IMG/VR virus record: IMGVR_UViG_3300008012_000024
Coordinates: 1-64,000 of that record
Origin: an uncultured virus (IMG/VR IMGVR_UViG_3300008012_000024)
Lineage: Duplodnaviria > Heunggongvirae > Uroviricota > Caudoviricetes
Strand: one strand, 5' to 3'
Length of the DNA: 64,000 nt
In this document: positions 27,812-38,270 of the stretch, one piece after another
How positions within the stretch are numbered: position 1 is the first letter of the stretch
How the letters are laid out: every line of letters starts with the position of its first letter
Notes under the pieces: generated by a model
The model's input: the letters and a program-made list of their open reading frames with translations, nothing else
The model's database searches: none
Told to the model about the DNA's origin: nothing
Program-made: the position numbers and the translations under genes

Positions 27812-30502
27812 TTAAGAGATTAGGGATCTATTACGTAATCCAGATCCTGACTTTGGTGTGATAACAAATGGAACAACTTGTTGTACAGGAACTTCAACAA
27901 TTTCAGTTGGACCAGAAACCACAGCTATGGTTGTTTCTTTCAATATAGTTATTGATGCAGAATCACCACCACCATATCCAGGAGTAGCTGGTGATATTCC
28001 TTGCTGTGGTCTTATCTGTTGATTGTTTTTTATTCTCTGTTCCAACAATTTTTCAATTTTTAACAAAAGTTTTTTATTTTTTTCATTGGTGGTTTCATAT
28101 TCAGTTGGAAATAATCCAGTTCCAAATGCACCTCTAGTATCTTTGATTATGAGTTTACCACTACTATCTATTTCAACATTTATATTTTCTTGTCCAAATA
28201 TCATATTATTACCCTTTCCAATACTTAATATCATTTTTTTGATATTTTCACTTATCTGTAAATTGGTTTTTGGTTTTGGTGGTTCTAATTTATATGGACC
28301 TGGTTTCATCGTTGGTGATCCCATTTTAATAGTGTAATTGCCATCACCAGTTCCAAGATAATCTTTTGTGGCAACACTAAAATCTAACATATGATTTTTA
28401 GAGTGTCCTGGTACTCCAGAACCTGCATCATTTACACGTACAACTGCAGTTTTATTTGTTCTAGTATTTGTCACGATAACATTGAAAGCCTGACCCCTAG
28501 ATAAAGTTCTACCACCAGGCATATATCTGGGATCTGCTCTATAAGTCATAGATTTTGGAAGTTTTGCCAAAAATTCTGGGAATGCTGCAGCAGTAAATAA
28601 TTCTGGTCGATAACCTTCACCAGAAGAAGTTGCTGGTAATCCATCTGGTGTTTTATATCCACTTGCATTAATTCCACCCAAAGATGGATCATAATAAGAT
28701 GTTTTTGCATTAGTAGCAATAATATCACCTTGTTTCAATTGATTAGGACCAGGACCACCTCCACCTAATAATTGAGTTGTTATTAATGGTCTTAATCGTG
28801 CCCAACCAGGATATGCACCTGCTTTAGTAGTATAAGGTCCACCTTCCTTGAAAAAATCAACGCTCTGGTGTGGTCCAGTCCCACTACCAACTTCTCTTGG
28901 TTTATCTAGATATTCTTGTCTTGTTGCTTTTCTACCTAAAACTTGTCCCGCAGTAATAGTATCCCCATCTTTAACTTTCAGTTCTCCTGTAGGAAAATGG
29001 GCATATAGTGCATCAAAATAAGTTCCTGGATTATTTGGATCTTCACTTCGTATAATTACATGATTTCCGTATCCACGTTTTTTACTAGGATCTTTGTCCC
29101 ATCCAGGGTCTGCTGGATCATTAGCAATTCCACGTGGTATAACTTTACCATCAAATAATGCAATCATATTAGGATTGGGACCTGTAATCTCATATCCAGG
29201 TTCATCGGTTGCATCTTGACTAATAATAGTCCTCTTTCTATTCCACAATTCCTCCTCTTTAAACGCCTGTTGCTCAGTCGCTTTGTAATCGGATGGTAAA
29301 CGTCCTACTGGTCTTTTCTCTCTAGGATATTTTAGTTTCAATAAAGATTTGTAAGACTGCATGAAAGTCTTAAATAATGAATTATTTTCTTCATATTCTT
29401 TCGATATATTACTAGATTCTTCAGTATTTGTTTTTAATTTTGAAAAATAATTTACAGATGTGATTGCCCTTTTAGCTTTCCCAGTTAATCCACCAGAAAC
29501 TGTCATTTTCTGACCAGTAACTGTTCCTCCAGTTGAAAGTTTTTGTATATCATTGTATGCACGCTGAGATTCATATCTTTCTACGTTTGCATCCCATACT
29601 TTCTCTTCACCAATTCCCTGCCAAGATTCTGGTGCTGTGGTTGCAGTACCAGTCTTATCTCCAGGAGACATAACTCCCATTTTCCCCTGAAAAGGAGCCA
29701 TGATTACTTTACTCTTATCTTTTAGGAAGACAGTTCCAGTGTTTGAATCGTAACCAGGAGCCGATGCTTTTATTTTTTGTTGTGCTTTTGCCTTTACTGG
29801 TTTAATAGCAACAGCTTTTACTGCAGGATCTTTAAGTGCTTCAGAATAACTACCATATACTTTCTTAGTCGTGCTTGAATAATACTTTCCTTCTATCTCT
29901 GCCAATTCTTGTTTAATCTTATCATCTTCATCAGGATTTTTAATTAAATTAAAGATATCAAAATCTAATCCTTTTAACATCTTATCAGTTTCATTAATAA
30001 GTTTTCCAGCTTCTCTAATCGTATCAAGTCCTGCTTGGAATGATCCACCGATTATTGGTAATAAAACTTTTGTTAAATCAAGTATTCCTTTCATTCCTTT
30101 TACAACAATATCAAATATTGTTGCAATAGCTGGACCTAACCAAGGATTATCTTCAAAAAATTTCTTTATTGTAGTAAATGCAGTCTGTAACCCCCTTAAA
30201 AGGGTTGGTAAATTATTTACTAAAACACCAAGTATAATAACACCAAAAACTTCTTTGAACTTATCAATCATACTCTTTGGTTTTGCTACCAATCTTGTAG
30301 CAATATTAGTCAATGCAGACTTTTGTGCTCCCGCTTCTATTTTGTTTTCCTTTTTCTTACGTTTTGATTTACCTAAAAGAATAAAATTAAATCTTTTTTC
30401 ATCCTTTTTTATTTTCGATATTTTTTTTCTTTTTGAAAAAATCAAAGAATTTATATTAAGAATATTAAATTTTAATTTTTTTACGCTCTTTGTACTTTCC
30501 AT
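27812..30502 (-). CDS. tail-length/lysin-like protein with degenerate M23 domain and RlpA-like double-psi beta-barrel
   Basis: GYGNHVII...YAHF...GTGPHQS; TSYY...TAA...VRVNDAG...LDFS. Confidence 0.7.
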   Translation of the reverse strand: MESTKSVKKLKFNILNINSLIFSKRKKISKIKKDEKRFNFILLGKSKRKKKENKIEAGAQKSALTNIATRLVAKPKSMIDKFKEVFGVIILGVLVNNLPTLLRGLQTAFTTIKKFFEDNPWLGPAIATIFDIVVKGMKGILDLTKVLLPIIGGSFQAGLDTIREAGKLINETDKMLKGLDFDIFNLIKNPDEDDKIKQELAEIEGKYYSSTTKKVYGSYSEALKDPAVKAVAIKPVKAKAQQKIKASAPGYDSNTGTVFLKDKSKVIMAPFQGKMGVMSPGDKTGTATTAPESWQGIGEEKVWDANVERYESQRAYNDIQKLSTGGTVTGQKMTVSGGLTGKAKRAITSVNYFSKLKTNTEESSNISKEYEENNSLFKTFMQSYKSLLKLKYPREKRPVGRLPSDYKATEQQAFKEEELWNRKRTIISQDATDEPGYEITGPNPNMIALFDGKVIPRGIANDPADPGWDKDPSKKRGYGNHVIIRSEDPNNPGTYFDALYAHFPTGELKVKDGDTITAGQVLGRKATRQEYLDKPREVGSGTGPHQSVDFFKEGGPYTTKAGAYPGWARLRPLITTQLLGGGGPGPNQLKQGDIIATNAKTSYYDPSLGGINASGYKTPDGLPATSSGEGYRPELFTAAAFPEFLAKLPKSMTYRADPRYMPGGRTLSRGQAFNVIVTNTRTNKTAVVRVNDAGSGVPGHSKNHMLDFSVATKDYLGTGDGNYTIKMGSPTMKPGPYKLEPPKPKTNLQISENIKKMILSIGKGNNMIFGQENINVEIDSSGKLIIKDTRGAFGTGLFPTEYETTNEKNKKLLLKIEKLLEQRIKNNQQIRPQQGISPATPGYGGGDSASITILKETTIAVVSGPTEIVEVPVQQVVPFVITPKSGSGLRNRSLIS

Positions 30503-30503
30503 A

Positions 30504-33032
30504 TTACACCAAGATACCTAAAGTTTCTGGGACTGTATAATTAAAGTCATTATTAGAATCAAATGGTGATATAGAAGGAATTGGAGATGTAGCATCTGAT
30601 TGTGTAGTCCTTGGTTTTGGTGTAGATTTTTTAGAAAGATCTAAAACCTTGGGCGCAAGATTAACAACATTAACAGATGGAGAACCAGTTTCTTTTTCAA
30701 TAACAAATGGAACGACAGTTGTACTTGTAGGAGATTGTACAATATTTTTTACATTTGTTACTGGTTTAGCAATATTATTAGTTACGGGTTGTCTTATACT
30801 ATTATTAACTGATGAAAAATGAGATCTTGATGGTGATTGTTTATTTTGACTTACAAATTTTGGTGCTGGAATACTTGGTCCAGACATTTTTTTAGGTCTA
30901 GATCTTTTCGGTCTAGTAATTTTAGATTTTAATCCTGGTGATCCACCACCACTTGGTGGATCACCACTTGGTGGATTTGTTTTTGCTCTTTCCTTTCTAT
31001 TTTTCTTAGAAATTTCTCGCTTCTCTTCATCAAACAATTCAGTAAATTCAGTAATTAAATCTTTAAATACCCTGTTTGATCTTCTAGTTACTGCATTAAT
31101 TTTTTCTTGGTTGATAGTTGCTTCAGTAAATTGTTTCCACAATCTTCCAGCATTATCATTAATATCCTTTAAAAGTGGGCGGAAAGGATTTGCTGCTGAT
31201 GAACGAATAACTTCTTCTCCAGGAGCAAGCATTGCAGGAACACTATCAACTGTTTGAGATCCTGAACCAAATACTGTTCCACCCATACTTCTAAATTGGG
31301 TTTCTGGTTGAACATTTACTTTTTCAGATGGACTATTTGCATATATTCTCTCTAACTGTTGTCTGACTTCTTTAGGTGCTCCAACAAAAAGATTTCCACC
31401 AGATGTTCCAGATAATTCTCTCTGTATGAGACGTTTTAATACCTCATCAAGAACAACATTTTCATCTACTACCAATCTACCTTCTTTTGCTCTTTGTTGT
31501 AAGAGAGCTCTATGAAATGCTGGAGATTGTACTTCTTTTTCAGCTGCTATGACTACTCTATCTGCCTGACGATCTGGTAGTTTAAGTTTTAATTGCCCTA
31601 AACGATTTCTAACAGCAACTTTAAATTTGCTTAGGTTGGCAGATCTAAGACTTGTAAAAGGAGATTTCGGTCTCACTCCCCTTCCAGGTCTTCCAGCCAT
31701 AATCATACCTGCATAATCTAATGCAGTTTGAGCTCCGAAGAAGGTTTTAATCCACGGATTATCTAACATCAACTGAGTTTGTTGAGCTTTATAATCCTGT
31801 TCTTCTTTGCTTATAAATCTGAATTTGGGTGTGTCATCCCCAGTGAATATATTTTTTGATGTTGGTTCAACGATCAATTGACCCATTGGAGTTTGAACAC
31901 TTTGTGTTTTTGTTTGTCCAAAAATAGTACGATCATTGTAATATTTTTTAAGTAAAGGATTAACATATTCTTGAACTCCTACTGGTATTGCCTTTCTTCT
32001 TATTATTTCTAATGGTGTAGGTTCGGATTTTGTTACTTCTTCTATCGGTGGCGTCTCTTTAGGTTTTAGTGGTGAAGCCGAAGCACTAGATTCAGAAGCT
32101 TTGGCAAGTGCAGTTAATGGATTACTAATCTCTATAAGTTGTTTTAATATTTCAATAGCTCCCAAACCCAGAAGTCCATTAAAAATACCTGTAAAAATAG
32201 GTTTATAATCTGTTTTACTAATTGCTGCCTGCATTTGCGCTTCCAACGCAGATGACAGTTCTGGAGATGGTTCTTTGATACAGTTTGGAAGCTTTGCACA
32301 AAGATCTTCTAAAGGGAATTTTGGTGGTTGAACCCTAGGTGTTTTAAGTCTATTTTCAAAGAGAGATCTAAGACCTCTTCCAATTTTGTATAATTTTTTA
32401 ACTAATCCAAGTAATTTTACTGCACCAAAAACTACTAGTAATTCTTTCCAGTAATCTTTTAAGAAATTAAAGAACTGCTGTAATTTTTCTTGGTTTTCTT
32501 TCTCAGATAACCATTTAAAGGCAGTATTGAGTACTATACCAGTTATTATTATAGAAAGAAAATCTAAAATTCTTTGGAATATACTTTTAGCAGGTGCTAT
32601 TACAGTATTTAATGCACTACCAATTAAAGATTTACCCCGACTTTCTATCCTCTTTTCTTTTTCATTAATTTTATTTTTTGCTATCCTTTTTTTCGATAGT
32701 CTTAAATTTTCATTTCTTTCCTTTATCCTTTCATCATAATCTAAACTTAACTGCTCTCTAATTTGAGAAAGTAACTTATTAGATTCTTCTAAAACTTTAA
32801 ATATATTTAAATTAGACTGAATATATTTAACTATACCACGTGATTCTTGATTTTCACTCTTTTCAGAAACTAATTTACTAGGTGTAATTTTTGGTGTTAG
32901 TTTTTTAAAACTAAAACTACTTTTTTTAAGACTTATACCAGATCCTAAAGCACCACGATTTAAAGAAGAATTTATATTTCTTCTACTAATTTTGGGAAGA
33001 GATGGTGCTCTATAGATTTGGTTAATTTCCAC
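30504..33032 (-). CDS. tape-measure-like structural protein
   Basis: Helical basic N-terminus similar to downstream gene; GG.V.G.G....DSVPAMLAPGEEVI motif. Confidence 0.6.
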   Translation of the reverse strand: MEINQIYRAPSLPKISRRNINSSLNRGALGSGISLKKSSFSFKKLTPKITPSKLVSEKSENQESRGIVKYIQSNLNIFKVLEESNKLLSQIREQLSLDYDERIKERNENLRLSKKRIAKNKINEKEKRIESRGKSLIGSALNTVIAPAKSIFQRILDFLSIIITGIVLNTAFKWLSEKENQEKLQQFFNFLKDYWKELLVVFGAVKLLGLVKKLYKIGRGLRSLFENRLKTPRVQPPKFPLEDLCAKLPNCIKEPSPELSSALEAQMQAAISKTDYKPIFTGIFNGLLGLGAIEILKQLIEISNPLTALAKASESSASASPLKPKETPPIEEVTKSEPTPLEIIRRKAIPVGVQEYVNPLLKKYYNDRTIFGQTKTQSVQTPMGQLIVEPTSKNIFTGDDTPKFRFISKEEQDYKAQQTQLMLDNPWIKTFFGAQTALDYAGMIMAGRPGRGVRPKSPFTSLRSANLSKFKVAVRNRLGQLKLKLPDRQADRVVIAAEKEVQSPAFHRALLQQRAKEGRLVVDENVVLDEVLKRLIQRELSGTSGGNLFVGAPKEVRQQLERIYANSPSEKVNVQPETQFRSMGGTVFGSGSQTVDSVPAMLAPGEEVIRSSAANPFRPLLKDINDNAGRLWKQFTEATINQEKINAVTRRSNRVFKDLITEFTELFDEEKREISKKNRKERAKTNPPSGDPPSGGGSPGLKSKITRPKRSRPKKMSGPSIPAPKFVSQNKQSPSRSHFSSVNNSIRQPVTNNIAKPVTNVKNIVQSPTSTTVVPFVIEKETGSPSVNVVNLAPKVLDLSKKSTPKPRTTQSDATSPIPSISPFDSNNDFNYTVPETLGILV

Positions 33033-33198
33033 TTTGTTGTGCTTTTAGATTTTCTTCTTCAACATGCTGTTGTAAAAGCGAAACATAGATTTCCCTTTCA
33101 AAGGGAATCATATTTTCCAACTCCGTCAAGCTATATTTATGATGCTGCATCAAGGCAAAATTAACACGGTAATATGACTCAAGATTAGTATGAGCCAT
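33022..33198 (-). CDS. gp51: baseplate hub assembly catalyst gp51-like, 58 aa (not in ORF track)
   Basis: MAHTNLESYYRVNFALMQHHKYSLTELENMIPFEREIYVSLL; directly follows gp26. Confidence 0.85.
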   Translation of the reverse strand: MAHTNLESYYRVNFALMQHHKYSLTELENMIPFEREIYVSLLQQHVEEENLKAQQSGN

Positions 33199-33200
33199 AC

Positions 33201-33923
33201 TCAGGTGAAAAAACTTGCAAGGCCCTCAAGAACGACTTCAGATTCAACTTTGGTTTTCGGATTTGTAACATTAACAATATGCATCAATTTAGGCATAGTT
33301 ATAAAGAAGTTTTCAACCTCTTTCAACTGCCTGGTGTTCATTTGATCTACAAAATCCTTCAACTCTTTCTTAGTACAATCTTTTGCAGACCAAGACTCTT
33401 CTTTATTATATACCATATCGATACATGAGACAATCATGTCTAATGATTTGTCAACATTATCATCATCCGTATTATATTCAAAATTATTCTCAACAAACTG
33501 ATCCAAGGAAGGATACTTCATCTTCATTGAAAGTTCATCATCCAACCTAATAATCTGTTCATGGTCAGGATTTCTCTGAACTGAAATGCTATCTATATCA
33601 ATAGATGTTTTAACTTGAGTTTCTTCATCATCTGGGCAGATAACACTTACTTCAACTGATTCACCAACAGATTTTGCTCTAACATTGAGGAAAATATATT
33701 CAATATCAAAAGTTGATAAGTCTTTTATCTTAACACCTCTTGTGCTAATACAATCTCCTAAGATTTGTACAATAGCATTGGTAATTTGTTTCATATCTTC
33801 AGATTCTAATGCCATGATTAGAATCTTTTCTTCTCTAACAAGAAAAGGTCTATACTTAATCTTTTTACCAGAAGATGGAATTTCCATCTCATACAATGGC
33901 GTATTAATCTTAGGTAAAGGCAT
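33201..33923 (-). CDS. gp26: baseplate hub subunit gp26
   Basis: MPLPKI...YRPFLVREEKIL...FDIEYIFLNVRAKSVGE. Confidence 0.92.
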   Translation of the reverse strand: MPLPKINTPLYEMEIPSSGKKIKYRPFLVREEKILIMALESEDMKQITNAIVQILGDCISTRGVKIKDLSTFDIEYIFLNVRAKSVGESVEVSVICPDDEETQVKTSIDIDSISVQRNPDHEQIIRLDDELSMKMKYPSLDQFVENNFEYNTDDDNVDKSLDMIVSCIDMVYNKEESWSAKDCTKKELKDFVDQMNTRQLKEVENFFITMPKLMHIVNVTNPKTKVESEVVLEGLASFFT

Positions 33924-33949
33924 AATTTTCTATACAATTCATGTGTTTT

Positions 33950-33957
33950 TATTTATA
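33950..33957 (-). promoter_or_regulatory. T4-type late promoter TATAAATA
   Basis: tatttata on + strand upstream of gp26. Confidence 0.75.
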
Positions 33958-33962
33958 GGGTG

Positions 33963-34670
33963 TTATGCAATATTGCCGTTCAAATCAATTGATTCGGTTG
34001 CAAACTCCCTACGTACAATGTATCTATCATAGTTTAGAGTAACTGTTATTTTCATAATTTCAGAACCACCATATGCAACTGGTATTGAAGCCATAGACTT
34101 AGGAAAAGCATTAACTAACTGATATGATATGTTTGTTGCACCACCTTTTGCATAGTCTGCTTCAAACTTTTTGATGTAAATTCCGTTAGTTTTATAATAC
34201 TTTGGGTAGTTATATCTTCTATAATAACCAACTGATGCTGATTGATCTGAGTTTTGTTGTGGCATGTCTCCACCAGCGCCACCAGAAATAAAATCCATCC
34301 ATGCTTCAAAAAATCCTAATACTTTATATTGTCTATCAATATAAAATGTGAAGTCAATATCAGTATTAATTCTAGTATGTGCAAATTCTTGCCCAACACC
34401 AATGAAATTATCTTTTACTTCTGCAGTTGCATATGAAGATGCTGGTAAAGTTGCATTAGTACAAAGAAGACCTATACCTCTACCAAAATCTTCATTGAAA
34501 TTGATAGATCCATATTGAGTACCATCACTAAGAAACTTTAAAAATGATGTTGTAGTTGATGGTGAAGCCCAAGAATTTCCAATAAAAACTTCGTATAGAT
34601 TTGTTCTCGATAAATTCAAAAACGTTGGCAACATACTCATATTTACAGTGCCAATCTCTGGAACTTTCAT
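33963..34670 (-). CDS. baseplate tail tube initiator (gp54-like)
   Basis: RTNLYEV...LLCTNATLP...FFEAWMDFI...NAFPKS; synteny. Confidence 0.7.
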   Translation of the reverse strand: MKVPEIGTVNMSMLPTFLNLSRTNLYEVFIGNSWASPSTTTSFLKFLSDGTQYGSINFNEDFGRGIGLLCTNATLPASSYATAEVKDNFIGVGQEFAHTRINTDIDFTFYIDRQYKVLGFFEAWMDFISGGAGGDMPQQNSDQSASVGYYRRYNYPKYYKTNGIYIKKFEADYAKGGATNISYQLVNAFPKSMASIPVAYGGSEIMKITVTLNYDRYIVRREFATESIDLNGNIA

Positions 34671-34672
34671 TT

Positions 34673-34709
34673 CTAAATACTTTTATACGCTATGTTATGA
34701 ACTATTTAG
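34673..34709. promoter_or_regulatory. pair of oppositely oriented late promoters (CTAAATA) for gp4 and the gp54-like gene
   Basis: ctaaata 34673-34679 (+) and tatttag 34703-34709 (-). Confidence 0.6.
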
Positions 34710-35144
34710 ATGGCATACAAAGGAAAATACAAACCTTCTTATCCCAAGAAATACAAGGGTGATCCTACAAATATAGTTTATAGATCATTATGGGAAAGAA
34801 AGTTTATGGTTTATTGTGATAAAAATGAAAGAATATTAGAATGGGGTAGTGAAGAACTTGCACTTCCTTATAGATCACCGTTAGATAACAGAATTCATCG
34901 TTACTTTCCAGATTTTTATATTAAAGTTGTAGAAAATAATGGACAGATTCAAAAGTATTTGATTGAAATAAAACCCAAAAAACAAACTATTGAACCTAAA
35001 GTTAAAAAAACAAAAACTAAAGGTTACATATATGAAGTTACTGAATGGGCAAAAAATCAAGCAAAATGGAAAGTTGCTCAAGAATTTTGTGAAGATCGTC
35101 GATGGAAATTTAAAATTATCACAGAAGACGAACTAGGTATCTAA
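34710..35144 (+). CDS. gp4: head completion nuclease gp4
   Basis: YKGKYKP..PKKYKGDP..IVYRSLWE, RYFPDF, EIKP. Confidence 0.95.
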   Translation: MAYKGKYKPSYPKKYKGDPTNIVYRSLWERKFMVYCDKNERILEWGSEELALPYRSPLDNRIHRYFPDFYIKVVENNGQIQKYLIEIKPKKQTIEPKVKKTKTKGYIYEVTEWAKNQAKWKVAQEFCEDRRWKFKIITEDELGI

Positions 35145-35145
35145 A

Positions 35146-35550
35146 ATGCCAAGAAAAACACTAAGGCAAAGAGCAGCAGAAAATACTGATACTGATTTTA
35201 ATGTAAATCGTCTTAGATCAGTAACTGATAGTATCGTCGGTACTGAACATCCAGATGATTTAATGATTGAATTAATGAATGTTTTAAATGAAAGTGGAAA
35301 AGTTCCTGATTCTGGAAAATACTACATTTTTGTTTACAATCCTAAAACACCAAACATAAAATATGATCAAAATCCATTTGTTGCCGTTTCAGATGTTTTT
35401 TCATGGGGGTTCAGAGGTATAAACTTTCATTGGGGAAAAGTTAGACAATATACTTGGGATGAGATAGTAGGGGAAATATATGAAGTCTATCAATCTGAGA
35501 TAAAAGATTTACAAACCATACCTTTTGGAAACTTTCGTCTAAATAGTTAA
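35146..35550 (+). CDS. gp2: DNA end protector gp2-like protein
   Basis: GKYYIFVYNPKT...YDQNP...GFRGINFH; follows gp4. Confidence 0.7.
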   Translation: MPRKTLRQRAAENTDTDFNVNRLRSVTDSIVGTEHPDDLMIELMNVLNESGKVPDSGKYYIFVYNPKTPNIKYDQNPFVAVSDVFSWGFRGINFHWGKVRQYTWDEIVGEIYEVYQSEIKDLQTIPFGNFRLNS

Positions 35551-35559
35551 AAAAGGATA

Positions 35560-36456
35560 ATGGCAGAACAATCAATAAGGTATCCTTCTGATATGGCAAT
35601 TGAGAAGGAAACTGATTATTTTAGTATTACACTTAAGGAATATGTAAATCCAGATGCATCTGGAATTGGTAACACAAATTTTACCGTTACTGGATTGCTT
35701 GATTATTCTAAAAAAGAATCCATACAGATTGGTTCAGTCATATACTTACCAATGCCATCAAATTTGCAAGATTCCAATGCGGTATCTTGGGGTGAAAGTA
35801 AGATGAATAATCTTACTGCTGCAGGAGTCGCTGCAGGAGGGGCACTAATGGATATTGACCTATTTAATCTCGAAGGATCATTAGAAGAAGTTAAAGGGAA
35901 ATTGGGAACGATTCGTGGTTCTTTGGATTTGGATAAGATAATAACATTAGGAAAAACTCAATTATCTGCAGAAGCAGTAAATGTTCTTGGTGGTAATGTT
36001 ACCCTAGATCAAATTCTGGCACGTAGTTATGGTCAAATCGTAAATCAAAATAATAGATTATTGTTCAACGGTGTTACTTTAAGAGAGTTTAACTTTTCAT
36101 TCAAGTTAACACCGAGAAATGAAGAGGACAGAGATAATATTAAAAAAATAATTAGAACACTTAAAGTGCATATGAGTGCTAAGAATAATAGTAAAGAAAA
36201 GGACCCTGGTACATTTATTAAGACTCCTGGTTACTTTGATCTGCAATATAGAAAGGGGAATACTAAACACCCATTTCTACCATCATTCAAAGAATGTGCT
36301 CTAAAAAATATGGCAGTTAATTATACTGGTGAAAATGTTTATGCAACATATCATGACGGAACTCCTGTTTCTATGCAACTTGATTTAAGTTTTCAAGAAG
36401 TTGTACCAGTTTATGCAGAAGATTATACTGATAGTCTTTTAGGAGTAGGATACTGA
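35560..36456 (+). CDS. gp48: baseplate tail tube cap gp48
   Basis: IYLPMP, LFNGVTLREFNFSFKLTPRN, TYHDGTP; CTAAATA at 35539-35545. Confidence 0.88.
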   Translation: MAEQSIRYPSDMAIEKETDYFSITLKEYVNPDASGIGNTNFTVTGLLDYSKKESIQIGSVIYLPMPSNLQDSNAVSWGESKMNNLTAAGVAAGGALMDIDLFNLEGSLEEVKGKLGTIRGSLDLDKIITLGKTQLSAEAVNVLGGNVTLDQILARSYGQIVNQNNRLLFNGVTLREFNFSFKLTPRNEEDRDNIKKIIRTLKVHMSAKNNSKEKDPGTFIKTPGYFDLQYRKGNTKHPFLPSFKECALKNMAVNYTGENVYATYHDGTPVSMQLDLSFQEVVPVYAEDYTDSLLGVGY

Positions 36457-36457
36457 T

Positions 36458-37159
36458 ATGGGTTATTTCAGAGAACTTCCAGAACTAGATTACCAATCAC
36501 CATTAGTTGATAGAACATCAACACTAGAGTTTGTTAGAGCTAAAAATCTCTTTAGAAGAGTAAAAATTCGTAGTGATTTTGAAAAAATTTATAATGCTTT
36601 TGAAAAATATACAATAGTAGAAGATACACGCCCCGATCAAGTTGCAAACGAATTGTATAAAGATTCCACTTTAGATTGGGTTGTTTTAATATCTGCCAAT
36701 ATACTAAATGTTAGGAATGAATGGCCTTTATCAAATAGTAATCTTGAAGCATATGCATATGATTTATATGGTGACACTTTAAATGATGTCAAATATTATG
36801 AAACTATTGAAGTAAAAGATGCGAAAGGTAGAATTATTCTCCCTGCTGGTGAAATTGTAGATCAAAATCACAAAGTACCAAAACCAGTAACAGATACATT
36901 ACCAACACAATCATATGTTCAATATTATGATGCAGATACCAACTCATATAAGAGAGTTGAAAATATCACAATACCTGTAACTAATTTTGAATATGAGGTA
37001 ATGAAAAATGATAAAAAAAGAGAAATTACAGTATTAAGATCTCGATATTTAGAGCAATTTTTAGATGAATTGAGACAGTTGATGAAATACAAAGACTCAT
37101 CACAATATGTGAATGATACTTTGATTAAAGCAGAAAATATTAGAATTACCTCTCCATAA
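36458..37159 (+). CDS. gp53: baseplate wedge subunit gp53
   Basis: YFRELP, RPDQVANELY...DWVVL, EWPL, TNFEYE. Confidence 0.9.
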   Translation: MGYFRELPELDYQSPLVDRTSTLEFVRAKNLFRRVKIRSDFEKIYNAFEKYTIVEDTRPDQVANELYKDSTLDWVVLISANILNVRNEWPLSNSNLEAYAYDLYGDTLNDVKYYETIEVKDAKGRIILPAGEIVDQNHKVPKPVTDTLPTQSYVQYYDADTNSYKRVENITIPVTNFEYEVMKNDKKREITVLRSRYLEQFLDELRQLMKYKDSSQYVNDTLIKAENIRITSP

Positions 37160-37186
37160 AAAAGGGGGGGATTTAAATCCCCCCGC
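37157..37186. terminator. intrinsic terminator between convergent gp53 and gp32 units
   Basis: GGGGGGAT-TTAA-ATCCCCCC hairpin flanked by an A6 tract (U-tract on minus strand). Confidence 0.85.
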
Positions 37187-37188
37187 TG

Positions 37189-37275
37189 TTACTTAAAGAT
37201 AAGCATATAATAAGTTGCCACAACCAGGAGGGTCAGGCAGACCCTCTCATATGACCACTTGAACTTTTTTTTCAT
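37189..37275 (-). CDS. 28-aa single-TM small protein (not in ORF track)
   Basis: MKKKFKWSYERVCLTLLVVATYYMLIFK; TGATG overlap with gp32 stop, ends at terminator. Confidence 0.55.
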   Translation of the reverse strand: MKKKFKWSYERVCLTLLVVATYYMLIFK

Positions 37276-38225
37276 CAGTCCTCTGCCAGTTTAGCAAAGT
37301 AACTCAGTGTATCATCATCTTCGGTAGAAGAACTGGTGATATCGGAGCTGTTAAAGTCTCGCCCATCACTCAATGAATTCAATTCTTCTTTCATTGATTG
37401 TGGCATAGGATTGCTCTCACCACGATTTTGGCGGCGGAACTCTTCCTCTTCCTCAAGGGTCTCCTGATCTTGGAATTTAGGAGTTCCCTTATTTCCAAGA
37501 ACATAATCCATACGCTTTTTCAGTTCATCATAGGTTTTGAACTGATCGGGAGCAACAAGTTCAGAAAGAGAATACTGCTTCTTCCAGATTGCTTCCATAG
37601 CGTCATCATCATCTAGGAGGGCGCTGGAGCGGGCAAACTCCGAAGAGTCATAGTTACGGTAACCAGCAACGTTCTTCGCCTTCAGCTTGAAGTTAGCACC
37701 TTGCCAGAAGTCGAACGGATCGATTGCTTCCTCATCTTCAAACTCAGGTTGCATTGCAGTAGTGAGTTTATCAAAGATCTTCTTACCAAACTTATACAAG
37801 AAAACTTTTCCCTCGTTTTCAGGATTAGCAGGATCTTTTACAACATAAATGTTGGCGATGTAAGTCAGTTTACGCTTCTGCTTACGTGCAAGTTCTTTTC
37901 CAGCATCAGTGCCATTGTTCCAAAGCATGGAATTATACTCAGACACAGGATCTTTCTGTCCCATCGTAGTCAGAGAGTTCTCAATGTACCAACCACCAGG
38001 ACCTTGGAAGGCATGGGAGTACAGTTTAACAAACGGCAGATCTTCGCCGTTAGGAGCAGGCAGGAAACGAATAACGGCATAACCGTTGCCGCTCTTATCA
38101 CATTCCAGTTTCCAGAGACGCTCATCTCCTGGGTTAGCGGAATTATTCATTTTTTCGACTTCTTTAACCAGTTTAGCGGTCAAAGAGCCCAGTTTGGATT
38201 GCTTTTTAAGGTCTGCGAAAGACAT
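37275..38225 (-). CDS. gp32: single-stranded DNA-binding protein gp32
   Basis: GNGYAVIRFLP, WYIENSLTT, KFGKKIFDK, acidic tail. Confidence 0.97.
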   Translation of the reverse strand: MSFADLKKQSKLGSLTAKLVKEVEKMNNSANPGDERLWKLECDKSGNGYAVIRFLPAPNGEDLPFVKLYSHAFQGPGGWYIENSLTTMGQKDPVSEYNSMLWNNGTDAGKELARKQKRKLTYIANIYVVKDPANPENEGKVFLYKFGKKIFDKLTTAMQPEFEDEEAIDPFDFWQGANFKLKAKNVAGYRNYDSSEFARSSALLDDDDAMEAIWKKQYSLSELVAPDQFKTYDELKKRMDYVLGNKGTPKFQDQETLEEEEEFRRQNRGESNPMPQSMKEELNSLSDGRDFNSSDITSSSTEDDDTLSYFAKLAED

Positions 38226-38270
38226 TTGGATTACCTCGGATTAATTGGATTCGGGGGGATTTACTTGGAT

